From assembly GCA_013373085.1 (NCBI GenBank), contig JABXIM010000045.1, forward strand, positions 473 to 64,472: a DNA stretch of 64,000 nt. The letters are read 5' to 3'. Below are positions 51,849 to 64,000 of this stretch, piece by piece. The position numbers and the translations under genes are program-made. The notes under the pieces were generated by a model. The model was not told where the DNA came from, did no database searches, and saw only the letters and a program-made list of their open reading frames with translations. The DNA is from Oceanospirillaceae bacterium. Its GTDB lineage: Bacteria; Pseudomonadota; Gammaproteobacteria; Pseudomonadales; Balneatricaceae. Position 1 is the stretch's first letter; each line of letters begins with the position of its first letter.

Positions 51849-53987
51849 ATGAGTACCGAACACCTGGACACCGATCAGGATACGGCGGACAAGCTGAAGA
51901 GCCTCGAGCTTGCCCAGCGTACCGAAGATTCCGCACCCGGCCGCTTCATTTACTGGGCCGGTGTGCTGTTTTCGCTGGCCCATATCTATTTCAACACCCT
52001 CGGCACCTGGTCCGAGCTGTATGTATCGGCGATCCACTTCGGTGGTTTCGCGCTGATCTGCGCGCTTATGGTTCCGGGCATCAAGCGCGCCGGGGCCGCG
52101 ACCAGCAAGGCGGTACTGGCATTCGATATCCTGGTGGGGCTGGCGGCCATTGCCTGCGCGCTCTACCTCATTGGCTTCGAGGATGCTCTCTACGACCGCG
52201 GTGTCAATTTTGTCGCCTCGGACTGGTTCTTCTCGGCGCTGGCGATCATCGTGGCGCTGGAGATGGCGCGTCGCACGACCGGCTGGTTCATTCCCTGCCT
52301 GATCATCGTCGCCCTGACCTATGTCTTCTGGTGGGGCCCCTACATCGAGGGCATGTTCGGATTCGCCGGACTCAGCCTGGAAACGCTGCTGTACCGGTCC
52401 TACTTTGGTTCCGACGGCATGTTCGGTTCCATTGCACGGATTTCCTGGACCTTCGTCTTCATGTTCATTCTGTTCGGCGCCTTCCTGGTTCGGTCCGGCG
52501 CCGGCGACTTTATCATCGAACTGTCGCGCTGTGCTGCCGGTCGTTTCGTCGGCGGCCCCGGCTTCGTTGCGGTACTGGGTTCGGGGCTGATGGGTTCGGT
52601 GTCCGGCTCGTCGGTGGCGAATACCGTCTCCACCGGCGTCATTACCATTCCGCTGATGCGCCGCGCGGGTTTTCCGGCCCGGTTTTCGGCCGGCGTCGAG
52701 GCCGCGGCGTCCACCGGTGGCCAACTGATGCCGCCGGTCATGGGGGCAGGGGCCTTTATCATGGCCTCCTATACCCAGATTCCTTACGTCGAGATCATTG
52801 CCTACTCGGCATTGCCGGCGCTGATGTACTTCCTGTCGGTCGGCTTTTACGTCCGGGTCGAGGCGATGCGCAGCCATGCCCATGCGGTCGAGGTCGAGAC
52901 CCGTCCGCTGAAAGACGTGCTCAAGGAAGGCTGGCACTTCCTGCTGCCGTTGGCGGTGCTGGTGGCGTTGCTGATCTACGGCTTCACCCCGACCTATGCC
53001 GCCGGCATCTCGATCATCGCGGTGGTGGTGTCGTCCTGGCTGTCACGGAATCCCATGGGACCGAAGGCGGTGTTCGATGCCCTGGCTCAGGGCGCGCGCA
53101 ACATGGCGACCACGGCGATGTTGCTGGTCGCGGTGGGGCTGGTGGTCAACGTCGTGGCGATGACCGGCATCGGCAATACCTTCTCGCTGATGGTCAGCGA
53201 CTGGGCCGGTGGCAGCCTGCTGGTTACCATCCTGCTGGTCGGGCTGGCGTCGCTGGTGCTGGGCATGGGCCTGCCGGTGACCGCGGCCTATATCGTGCTG
53301 GCGACGCTGTCGGCGCCGGCGATCTACAATCTGATCGCTGAAACCCGGCTTATCGAGCTGATGATGAGCGGCGGGCTGCCGGAAGCGGCGCGAATGATCT
53401 TCATGCTGGTCGACCCGGAGAAGGTTACGGCGCTGGCATCGCCAATGTCCGAGGCCGATGCCCGGGCGCTGCTGGCACAGGTTCCGCAGGACTTCACCGG
53501 CCAGCTGATGTCCCAGGCACTGGATCCGACGGTGCTGTCGATGGCGTTGCTGTCGGCGCACATGATCATTTTCTGGCTGTCGCAGGACTCCAACGTGACG
53601 CCGCCGGTGTGCCTGACCGCGTTCGCGGCGGCGGCGATCGCCAAGACACCGCCGATGGCCACCGGCTTCACGGCCTGGAAGATCGCCAAGGGCCTTTACG
53701 TGGTGCCGCTGTTGTTCGGTTACACCAACCTGATCGGCGGCAGCGCCGAAGAGGTGACTCGGGTCTTCGTGTTCGGCATCTTCGGTCTCTATGCCTTCGT
53801 CGGCTTCATGGAAGGCTACCTCGAAGGCCGCCTGAACCTGTTGCTGAGACTGGTATCGGGTGCCTCCGCACTGGCGATGCTCTGGCCGCACCACAACCTG
53901 CTGATCGATCTGGCCGGGCTGGTGGTCTTCATCCTGCTCTTTGTTTACAGCCGCCGTGCCGGCAAGGTCGCGGCTGCATCGGCCTGA
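51849..53987 (+). CDS. TRAP transporter 4TM/12TM fused permease
   Basis: LEMARR..G, GSSVAN.VSTG.ITIP.M, EAAASTGGQLMPPVMGAGAFIMA, GMGLPVTAAY and SNVTPPV. Confidence 0.93.
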   Translation: MSTEHLDTDQDTADKLKSLELAQRTEDSAPGRFIYWAGVLFSLAHIYFNTLGTWSELYVSAIHFGGFALICALMVPGIKRAGAATSKAVLAFDILVGLAAIACALYLIGFEDALYDRGVNFVASDWFFSALAIIVALEMARRTTGWFIPCLIIVALTYVFWWGPYIEGMFGFAGLSLETLLYRSYFGSDGMFGSIARISWTFVFMFILFGAFLVRSGAGDFIIELSRCAAGRFVGGPGFVAVLGSGLMGSVSGSSVANTVSTGVITIPLMRRAGFPARFSAGVEAAASTGGQLMPPVMGAGAFIMASYTQIPYVEIIAYSALPALMYFLSVGFYVRVEAMRSHAHAVEVETRPLKDVLKEGWHFLLPLAVLVALLIYGFTPTYAAGISIIAVVVSSWLSRNPMGPKAVFDALAQGARNMATTAMLLVAVGLVVNVVAMTGIGNTFSLMVSDWAGGSLLVTILLVGLASLVLGMGLPVTAAYIVLATLSAPAIYNLIAETRLIELMMSGGLPEAARMIFMLVDPEKVTALASPMSEADARALLAQVPQDFTGQLMSQALDPTVLSMALLSAHMIIFWLSQDSNVTPPVCLTAFAAAAIAKTPPMATGFTAWKIAKGLYVVPLLFGYTNLIGGSAEEVTRVFVFGIFGLYAFVGFMEGYLEGRLNLLLRLVSGASALAMLWPHHNLLIDLAGLVVFILLFVYSRRAGKVAAASA

Positions 53988-54046
53988 CGGCGAAAGGGGG
54001 CGGTGACCTAGCCCCCCTTGTTTCAGCCCATTCGAACGGAACCACC

Positions 54047-55249
54047 ATGAACAACCGCTACGACTTTATCGTGATTGGCGGCGGGATCCTCGGGATGTCG
54101 ACCGCCTGGCAACTGCAAAAAGCCTGGCCGGGGCGCCGCGTGCTGGTGCTGGAAAAGGAGTCGGGCCCGGCCCGGCACCAGACCGGCCACAATTCGGGCG
54201 TCATTCATGCCGGTGTCTACTACAAGCCGGGCAGCCTCAAGGCGCGTTTCTGCAAGGAGGGCAACGTCGCCACCACGGCGTTCTGCGACGAGCATGACAT
54301 TCGTTACGACCGCTGCGGCAAGTTGCTGGTGGCCACCAGCGACATCGAGTATCAGCGCATGATGAACCTGGTCTCGCGCTGCGAACAGAATCAGCTCGAG
54401 ATCGAGGTGCTGTCGCAGCAGCAACTCGCGGCACGGGAGCCGAATATCGTCGGCGTCGGCGCCATCTTCGTGCCGTCGACCGGCATTGTCAGCTTTACCG
54501 AGATCACCGCCAGGATGGCCGAGCTGGTGGCTGCGGCCGGCGGCGAGATCCGTTATGGCACCGAGATGGTCGCTGTTGACGAGACCGCGCAGGGCATTGA
54601 GGTACGTACCGACCGTGGTGTGCTGCACGGTGATTACCTGGTGTCCTGCGCCGGACTGATGTCGGACCGGGTGGTGCGTATGCTGGGACAGGAGCCTGGG
54701 TTCCGGATTATCCCGTTTCGCGGCGAGTATTTCCTGCTGCCGCCGCGACACAACCGCATCGTCAATCACCTGATCTACCCGATCCCGGATCCGGAGCTGC
54801 CGTTTCTCGGCGTCCATCTGACCCGGATGATCGACGGTACCGTAACCGTCGGTCCCAACGCGGTGCTGGCGTTCAAGCGCGAAGGCTATGGCAAGTTCGA
54901 TTTCAGCCTCGCGGACAGCGTCGAGATGCTGCGTTATCCGGGATTGCGGCGAGTGGTGATGAAAAATCTGCGCGCCAGCCTCAACGAGCTGAAAAACTCC
55001 CTCAGCAAGCGCGGTTACCTGAAGCTGGTGCAGAAATACTGCCCGCAACTCACCGTCGCCGATCTGCAGCCTTACCCGGCGGGCATCCGCGCCCAGGCGG
55101 TGGCGCCGGACGGCAGCCTGGTGGACGACTTTCTGTTCGTCACCACCGGGCGGGCGCTGGTGGTCTGCAACGCCCCGTCTCCGGCCGCCACCTCGGCGAT
55201 TCCGATCGGCGCGCATATCGTCGAGCGGGTCAAACAACTCGTGACATAG
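54047..55249 (+). CDS. lhgO: L-2-hydroxyglutarate oxidase/dehydrogenase
   Basis: YDFIVIGGGILG, HQTGHNSGVIHAGVYY.PGSLKA, PFRGEYF, PFLGVHLT, GIRAQAV and CNAPSPAATSA; start at ATG 54047. Confidence 0.92.
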   Translation: MNNRYDFIVIGGGILGMSTAWQLQKAWPGRRVLVLEKESGPARHQTGHNSGVIHAGVYYKPGSLKARFCKEGNVATTAFCDEHDIRYDRCGKLLVATSDIEYQRMMNLVSRCEQNQLEIEVLSQQQLAAREPNIVGVGAIFVPSTGIVSFTEITARMAELVAAAGGEIRYGTEMVAVDETAQGIEVRTDRGVLHGDYLVSCAGLMSDRVVRMLGQEPGFRIIPFRGEYFLLPPRHNRIVNHLIYPIPDPELPFLGVHLTRMIDGTVTVGPNAVLAFKREGYGKFDFSLADSVEMLRYPGLRRVVMKNLRASLNELKNSLSKRGYLKLVQKYCPQLTVADLQPYPAGIRAQAVAPDGSLVDDFLFVTTGRALVVCNAPSPAATSAIPIGAHIVERVKQLVT

Positions 55250-55409
55250 GTTGGGTGGAGCGGCGAAGCCACGCAACCCCACACGCCATCCCGCAGGTGC
55301 CGGCCGCCGCCAATCGATCTGTAATGCGATCGATTTGGCGGGTTTTGCAGTGCCCGGACGTTGTCGGAGACGTCGACACTGATGCAGACGCATTGCGTCA
55401 CCCGCCTGA
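55246..55409. repeat. Degenerate REPIN overlapping the lhgO stop codon
   Basis: ATAGGTTGGGTGGAGCGGCGAAGCC..CAACCCCA at the left end; GCGTCACCCGCCTGA at the right; internal inverted repeats. Confidence 0.55.
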
Positions 55410-55490
55410 AATATGCTCGTTGCAATTTCAGGATTTCCAGCTTCCTTGGCGGTCATCCTACGCTGTAGATAGTGCAGGAGGGCGTCCCGA

Positions 55491-57701
55491 GTGAGTGAGA
55501 GCACGTTAACCCAGTGGCGTCGGCGGCATATCAGCGGGCCATTGCTGCAGCGGATTCGCCGACTGCTGCCGCCGATCTCCAGGACCGAGCGTGAGGCGCT
55601 GGAGGCCGGCGGGCTCTGGTGGGACGCCGAGCTGCTGTCCGGCAAGCCGGACTGGCAGCGTCTGCTGGATATCGGGTCACCCCGCCTGACGGACGCGGAA
55701 CAGGCGTTTCTGGACGGCCCCGTCGAGGCGCTGTGCGCGATGGTCGACGACTGGCAGATCAGCTTCGAACAGCGGGCACTGCCAGACGAGATCTGGTCCT
55801 TCCTGGCCGATAACGGCTTCTTCGGCATGATCATTCCGCAGGCGTACGGCGGGCTTGGGTTCTCCGCGCTGGCCCATTCCGAGGTTGTGGCGAAGGTGGC
55901 TGCGCGCAGTATTTCCGTGGCGGTCACGCTGATGGTGCCAAACTCCCTCGGCCCCGGCGAGCTGCTGCTGGAGTACGGTACCGAGGCGCAGAAGGACTGG
56001 TATCTGCCACGGCTTGCAGACGGCCGCGAAATTCCCTGTTTCGCGCTGACCAGTCCCGAAGCCGGTTCGGACGCCGCCTCGATGGTGGATCGGGGCGTCG
56101 TCTGCGAAGGCGAATACCACGGCGAGCCTGTGCTTGGCATCCGCGTCAACTGGCGCAAGCGCTATATAACACTCGGCCCCAGGGCGAGCCTGATGGGCCT
56201 GGCATTCAAGCTCTACGACCCCGACCACCTTCTCGGTAACGAGGCATCGCTGGGAATCACCCTGGCGCTTATCCCCACCGATACTCCGGGCGTCAGTATC
56301 GGCAGGCGCCACTACCCGGCGATGCAGGCCTTTCTGAACGGCCCCAACGAAGGCCACGATGTGTTCGTGCCGATGGACTGGGTGATCGGTGGCCGCGACC
56401 GTCTCGGGCAGGGCTGGATGATGCTGATGAGCGCGCTGTCGGCCGGGCGCAGCACGTCGCTGCCGTCACTGAGCGTCGGCGCATCGAGGCTCGCCTGCCG
56501 CGCCACCGGCGCCTACGCGCGCATCCGTGAGCAGTTCAATGTGCCGATAGGCCGCTTTGAGGGCGTTCAGGAAGTCCTCGGGCGCATGGCGGCGGAACTT
56601 TATCTGCTCGATATGGCGCGGCGGGCCACGGCGCAGGCGCTTGATGACGGGCACAGTCCGGCGGTGATTTCGGCCATTCTCAAGGTTCAGTCGACGCAGC
56701 GGCTGCGCAAGATCATTCTCGATGCCATGGATGTGCACGGCGGCAAGGCGATCTGCGACGGGCCGAACAACTATCTCGGCAATATTTTCCGCGCCTTGCC
56801 GGTGGCGATCACGGTTGAGGGCGCCAATATTCTTACCCGCAGCCTGATCGTCTTCGGACAGGGGGCGCTGCGCTGCCATCCCTACCTGTTGCGCGAGATC
56901 GAGGCGGCGGCGCAGCCGGACTCCGATCAGGCAGTCGCGGCCTTCGACGGCCTTCTGCTGGACCACCTGGAATTCTTCTGTGCGACCTATGCCCGGGTGC
57001 TGGTGCACTCGCTGACCTATGGTCGTTTCGCTTCGGCGCCGTCCGGCGTTGGCGATCTGAAACCGGCCTACCGGCAGCTCAGCCGCTATTCGGCGGCGTT
57101 GACCTGGATCTCCGAGATGGCGCTGCTGTCGCTCGGAGGCGAACTGAAGCGGCGCGAAATGCTGTCGGCCCGGCTCGGAGACGTGCTGGGGGAGCTGTTT
57201 CTGCTGAGTATGCTGCTCAAGGGATTCGAGGACGCAGGCAGGCCCGACGGCGAGAGGCCGTTGCTGCAGAGCTGCCTGCAGCAGGGTTACTACCGTATCG
57301 AACGACAACTGGATGCGGTGATCGCCAATTTCCCGTCCCGGCCACTGGGCTTCCTGTTCCGGCGGGTGCTGTTCCCATTCGGCCGCTGGCAGCGGCCGCC
57401 CGGCGACGACCGGGTCAAAGCCTGCGCCGAGCTGCTGATGACCGACGGCCCGGTGCGGGAACGCCTGACCGGCGGCATTTTCCTTGGCAATCCGGGCGAT
57501 GGCATCGACCGGGTCGAGCAGGCATTCCGTCAGGTCCTGGCGGTCGAGCCGTTGCAGCGGCGTCTGCGGCAGGCCGGTGTGGAATCGCCGCTGGATGCCC
57601 GCGAACGGGGGCTGATCAATGATGAGGAATTTGCCCGGCTGGAAGCCGCCAGCGCGGCTGTGGCGCTGGCCATCGAGGTGGATGCATTCGACGCGCTCTG
57701 A
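55491..57701 (+). CDS. fadE: Acyl-CoA dehydrogenase, FadE-type (with C-terminal DUF1974-like domain)
   Basis: LPPISRTEREALEAG..WW, MVPNSLGPGELL, CFALTSPEAGSDA, KRYITL, GRSTSLPS and ITVEGANILTR. Confidence 0.9.
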   Translation: MSESTLTQWRRRHISGPLLQRIRRLLPPISRTEREALEAGGLWWDAELLSGKPDWQRLLDIGSPRLTDAEQAFLDGPVEALCAMVDDWQISFEQRALPDEIWSFLADNGFFGMIIPQAYGGLGFSALAHSEVVAKVAARSISVAVTLMVPNSLGPGELLLEYGTEAQKDWYLPRLADGREIPCFALTSPEAGSDAASMVDRGVVCEGEYHGEPVLGIRVNWRKRYITLGPRASLMGLAFKLYDPDHLLGNEASLGITLALIPTDTPGVSIGRRHYPAMQAFLNGPNEGHDVFVPMDWVIGGRDRLGQGWMMLMSALSAGRSTSLPSLSVGASRLACRATGAYARIREQFNVPIGRFEGVQEVLGRMAAELYLLDMARRATAQALDDGHSPAVISAILKVQSTQRLRKIILDAMDVHGGKAICDGPNNYLGNIFRALPVAITVEGANILTRSLIVFGQGALRCHPYLLREIEAAAQPDSDQAVAAFDGLLLDHLEFFCATYARVLVHSLTYGRFASAPSGVGDLKPAYRQLSRYSAALTWISEMALLSLGGELKRREMLSARLGDVLGELFLLSMLLKGFEDAGRPDGERPLLQSCLQQGYYRIERQLDAVIANFPSRPLGFLFRRVLFPFGRWQRPPGDDRVKACAELLMTDGPVRERLTGGIFLGNPGDGIDRVEQAFRQVLAVEPLQRRLRQAGVESPLDARERGLINDEEFARLEAASAAVALAIEVDAFDAL

Positions 57702-57775
57702 AATCTGCCGGTCAAAGCCGACGAAACATCGGGCGCCTGCTGTTGCCTAACGCAGCAACCGTTGGGAGGCTTGTT

Positions 57776-59710
57776 ATGCAACAGAATCTGGCGCAAAAGC
57801 TGATTTCCTCGCATCGGGTCGATGGCTCGATGCGTCCCGGCGACACGGTCGCGCTGCGTTTCGACCAGACACTCTGCCAGGATGCGACCGGCACGCTGGT
57901 GATGCTGACACTGGAGGCGATGGCGCTCGATCGGGTCAAGACCTCCGTCTCGGTACAGTACGTCGATCACAACCTGATCCAGGAAGATAACCGCAATCCG
58001 GACGATCACCGCTTTCTAGAGAGTGCGGCGCGACGTTTCGGCATTTGGTTCAGCCGGCCCGGCAACGGTATCAGCCATCCGCTGCACATGCTCAATTTCG
58101 GCGTGCCGGGCGAGACGCTGATCGGCTCCGACAGTCACACCCCGGCCTGCGGTTCGCTGGGGATGCTGGCGATCGGCGCCGGCGGTGCCGATGTCGCCAC
58201 GGCGATGGCCGGCGAACCGGTCTGGCTGCAAATGCCGGAAATATGGGGTATCGAGCTCGCAGGCGAGCTGCCGGACTGGGTCAGCGCCAAGGACGTGATT
58301 CTGGAACTGCTGCGCCGGCACGGGGTCGAGGGAGGCGTCAACCGCATCATCGAATACCATGGTCCGGGCGTCGCCGGTCTCAGCGCCATGGATCGCCATG
58401 TCATCGCCAATATGGGGGCGGAACTCGGCGCCACCACCAGTGTTTTCCCGTCCGACCGTGAAGTGAAGCGCTTTCTCGACAGTGAAGGGCGCGGCGCGCA
58501 CTGGCGCGAGCTCGGCGCCGATGCCGGCTGCGACTACGACCACCATGAACGTATCGACCTCGGCGGTCTCGAGCCGCTGATCGCCAAGCCTTCGAGCCCG
58601 GGCAATGTCGTGCCGGTGCGGGAGGTCGAGGGCGAGCCCATCTACCAGGCCTACATCGGGTCGTCCGCCAACCCGGGCTTTCGCGATTTCGCCGTGGCGG
58701 CGCGCATGGTGGCGGGAAAGCAGGTCGTGGACGGCGTGTCCTTCGATATCAATCCGACCTCCCGCCAGCTGCTGCAGCGGCTGATACGCTCCGGCGATCT
58801 CGACCGGCTGGTCGCCAGCGGCGCCCGGCTGCACCAGGCCGGCTGCAATGGTTGTATCGGCATGGGACAGGCGCCGGCGACCGAACAGAACAGTCTCAGG
58901 ACCACGCCCCGTAACTTTCCCGGTCGCTCCGGCACCCCCGAGGACCGGGTCTGGCTGTGCAGTCCTGAGACGGCCGCGGCCTCGGCATTGCGGGGCTGCA
59001 TCATGGATCCGCGCAACCTTGGCCTGGACTATCCCGCCATCGAACCGCCCGAGGGGGCAGGGCTCGATACCACGCACTTCATCGCACCTGACCAGGCAGA
59101 TGCGGAAACGGCGCTGGTCAAGGGGCCGAATATCGCGACACTGCCCGCCTTCGAAGCGCTGCCGGACCGGCTCGAGGTGCCGGTGCTGCTCAGGGTCGGC
59201 GACGACGTCTCGACCGACGAGATCATGCCGGCCGGTGCGCGCGTGCTGCCGTACCGCAGCAACGTGCCGAAAATCGCCGAATTCGTCTTCGAACATTTGG
59301 CGCCGGGCTACGTCGAACAGGCGCAGGAGGGCAAAGAGCAGGGCGGGCATGCGATCGTCGCCGGTCGCAACTACGGCCAGGGCTCGAGCCGCGAGCACGC
59401 CGCTATTGCACCTCGCTTTCTGGGATTGCGCCTGGTAGTGGCGAAAAGCTTCGCCCGCATCCACTGGCAGAACCTGATCAACTACGGGGTGCTGCCACTG
59501 ACCTTTGCCGATCCGCAGGATTACGGCCGGCTGGCGCCGGGCGCGATGTTACGACTGGAGGGATTGCGCAGCCTTGCGCCTGACACGCCTGTCCAGGCGC
59601 GGCTCCAGGATGGTACGACGGTCACGTTCGAACACCAGCTGTCACAACGTCAGTGCGAGCTGATCCTGGCTGGTGGCCTGGTCAACTGGCTAAAGCAGAA
59701 AGCGTCGTAG
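57776..59710 (+). CDS. Aconitase-family hydratase (PRK07229-like, single chain)
   Basis: QDATGT, YVDHN, GNGISH, GSDSHTP, GCNGCIGMG, RNFPGRSG, STDEIMPAG, NYGQGSSREHAA and KSFARIH; start at ATG 57776 after GGAGG. Confidence 0.88.
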   Translation: MQQNLAQKLISSHRVDGSMRPGDTVALRFDQTLCQDATGTLVMLTLEAMALDRVKTSVSVQYVDHNLIQEDNRNPDDHRFLESAARRFGIWFSRPGNGISHPLHMLNFGVPGETLIGSDSHTPACGSLGMLAIGAGGADVATAMAGEPVWLQMPEIWGIELAGELPDWVSAKDVILELLRRHGVEGGVNRIIEYHGPGVAGLSAMDRHVIANMGAELGATTSVFPSDREVKRFLDSEGRGAHWRELGADAGCDYDHHERIDLGGLEPLIAKPSSPGNVVPVREVEGEPIYQAYIGSSANPGFRDFAVAARMVAGKQVVDGVSFDINPTSRQLLQRLIRSGDLDRLVASGARLHQAGCNGCIGMGQAPATEQNSLRTTPRNFPGRSGTPEDRVWLCSPETAAASALRGCIMDPRNLGLDYPAIEPPEGAGLDTTHFIAPDQADAETALVKGPNIATLPAFEALPDRLEVPVLLRVGDDVSTDEIMPAGARVLPYRSNVPKIAEFVFEHLAPGYVEQAQEGKEQGGHAIVAGRNYGQGSSREHAAIAPRFLGLRLVVAKSFARIHWQNLINYGVLPLTFADPQDYGRLAPGAMLRLEGLRSLAPDTPVQARLQDGTTVTFEHQLSQRQCELILAGGLVNWLKQKAS

Positions 59711-59714
59711 CGTC

Positions 59715-59887
59715 GTAGGATGGGTGGCGCCGCCATAGGCAGCGGCCGGTGAATCGGCACGCTGCGTGAGGCGGCGTAACCCATCAGCAGGTATGTAAGC
59801 GCCGTGGGAGCGGCGCCCCGCCGCGAACGACCCGGGCACCGAGGCTGATCGCGGCGGGCGCTATTCCCGGCGGGGCGCCGGTCCTAC
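59715..59887. repeat. Composite REP locus: family A module (59715-59785) plus family B REPIN (59804-59887)
   Basis: GTAGGATGGGTGGCGCCGCC...GGCGGCGTAACCCATC; then GTGGGAGCGGCGCCCCGCCGCGAA with inverted partner GTAGGACCGGCGCCCCGCCGGGAA. Confidence 0.8.
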
Positions 59888-59889
59888 AG

Positions 59890-63591
<3,702 letters not shown>

Positions 63592-63664
63592 CTGTACGGC
63601 CCCGGTCCAGTGTCGATCCATAAACAAAGTTCGCTATTGTAAATCAAAAGCTTGTCGATTTTCC

Positions 63665-63677
63665 TGAGGGCTCTTCA
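63665..63677. promoter_or_regulatory. Possible MetR-type LysR box upstream of metH
   Basis: TGAGGGCTCTTCA against the TGAA-N5-TTCA consensus (one mismatch), T-N11-A. Confidence 0.3.
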
Positions 63678-63916
63678 TCCACAGTTGAAAAAAACTGCGT
63701 TTAGGGCCCGTGGTGCGAAACGGCGGCCAGCGATTTGTGCAGTGCGGGAAAAAATTGCCGGGCGATGGGATTTTTTTAACCCAAAACGGGTAGAATCTGC
63801 TCGCCGGCAGAGCAACCTGCGCCTTGCAACCGCACATTTCAGGCTTCCTGGAGCACAAGAGAAGAGATGGGTGCGCAGGTTCCGAGGCCGTACCGGCGTT
63901 GCAGAAGGTAGAACAG

Positions 63917-64000
63917 ATGACAAAGAAAACGAAGGCAGCCGAGGTCAGCATGGAAAATCTGCTGCGGATTTTCACCGTTCCCGAAGCGCCCGGGTCGACC
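63917..64000 (+). CDS. panP: 5' end of a pyridoxal-dependent aspartate 1-decarboxylase (PanP-like), truncated by the window edge; absent from the ORF track
   Basis: Manual translation MTKKTKAAEVSMENLLRIFTVPEAPGST; LLRIFTVPEAP.ST is what I recall of the PanP-family N-terminus; only 28 codons visible. Confidence 0.7.
   Translation, partial: MTKKTKAAEVSMENLLRIFTVPEAPGST

Noticed and set aside
63675-63683. DnaA box / oriC (TCATCCACA)
   Set aside because: A single mismatched box with no cluster, unwinding element or origin-linked genes.
63592-63916. Cobalamin or SAM riboswitch upstream of metH
   Set aside because: No B12-box or SAM-riboswitch consensus recognised on the minus strand; not tested computationally.

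Overview
Core chromosomal segment of a GC-rich gammaproteobacterium. An Oceanospirillales/Marinobacterium-like host is inferred from gene order and protein style, not from a database search. The centre (~13-37 kb) is the conserved block roxA-trmJ-purB-hflD-mnmA-nudJ-(moaE)-rluE-icd-cspD-clpS-clpA-infA-bpt/ate-aat-trxB-ftsK-lolA-rarA-fluC-serS-ubiH/F-like. The left flank holds mixed metabolic, transport and redox genes. The right flank holds a low-GC cupin islet, a phasin with PhaR-like boxes, an M16C peptidase, an LplT-Aas fusion, a DctB/DctD-like two-component system with a sigma54 promoter driving TAXI-TRAP plus lhgO, a FadE-type acyl-CoA dehydrogenase with an atypical aconitase, metH and the 5' end of panP. 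I found no rRNA, tRNA, CRISPR, prophage or transposase. Several GTAG-type REP/REPIN repeats lie between genes. Best leads: (1) a sigma54/two-component-controlled TAXI-TRAP + LhgO module, possibly sensing and importing L-2-hydroxyglutarate or a related C5 dicarboxylate; (2) an aconitase-family enzyme with Ser at its first canonical Fe-S Cys, next to an anchor-less FadE; (3) multi-family REPIN clusters; (4) a ~44% GC cupin with an attC-like half-site. All family calls come from motif recognition and no searches were run.
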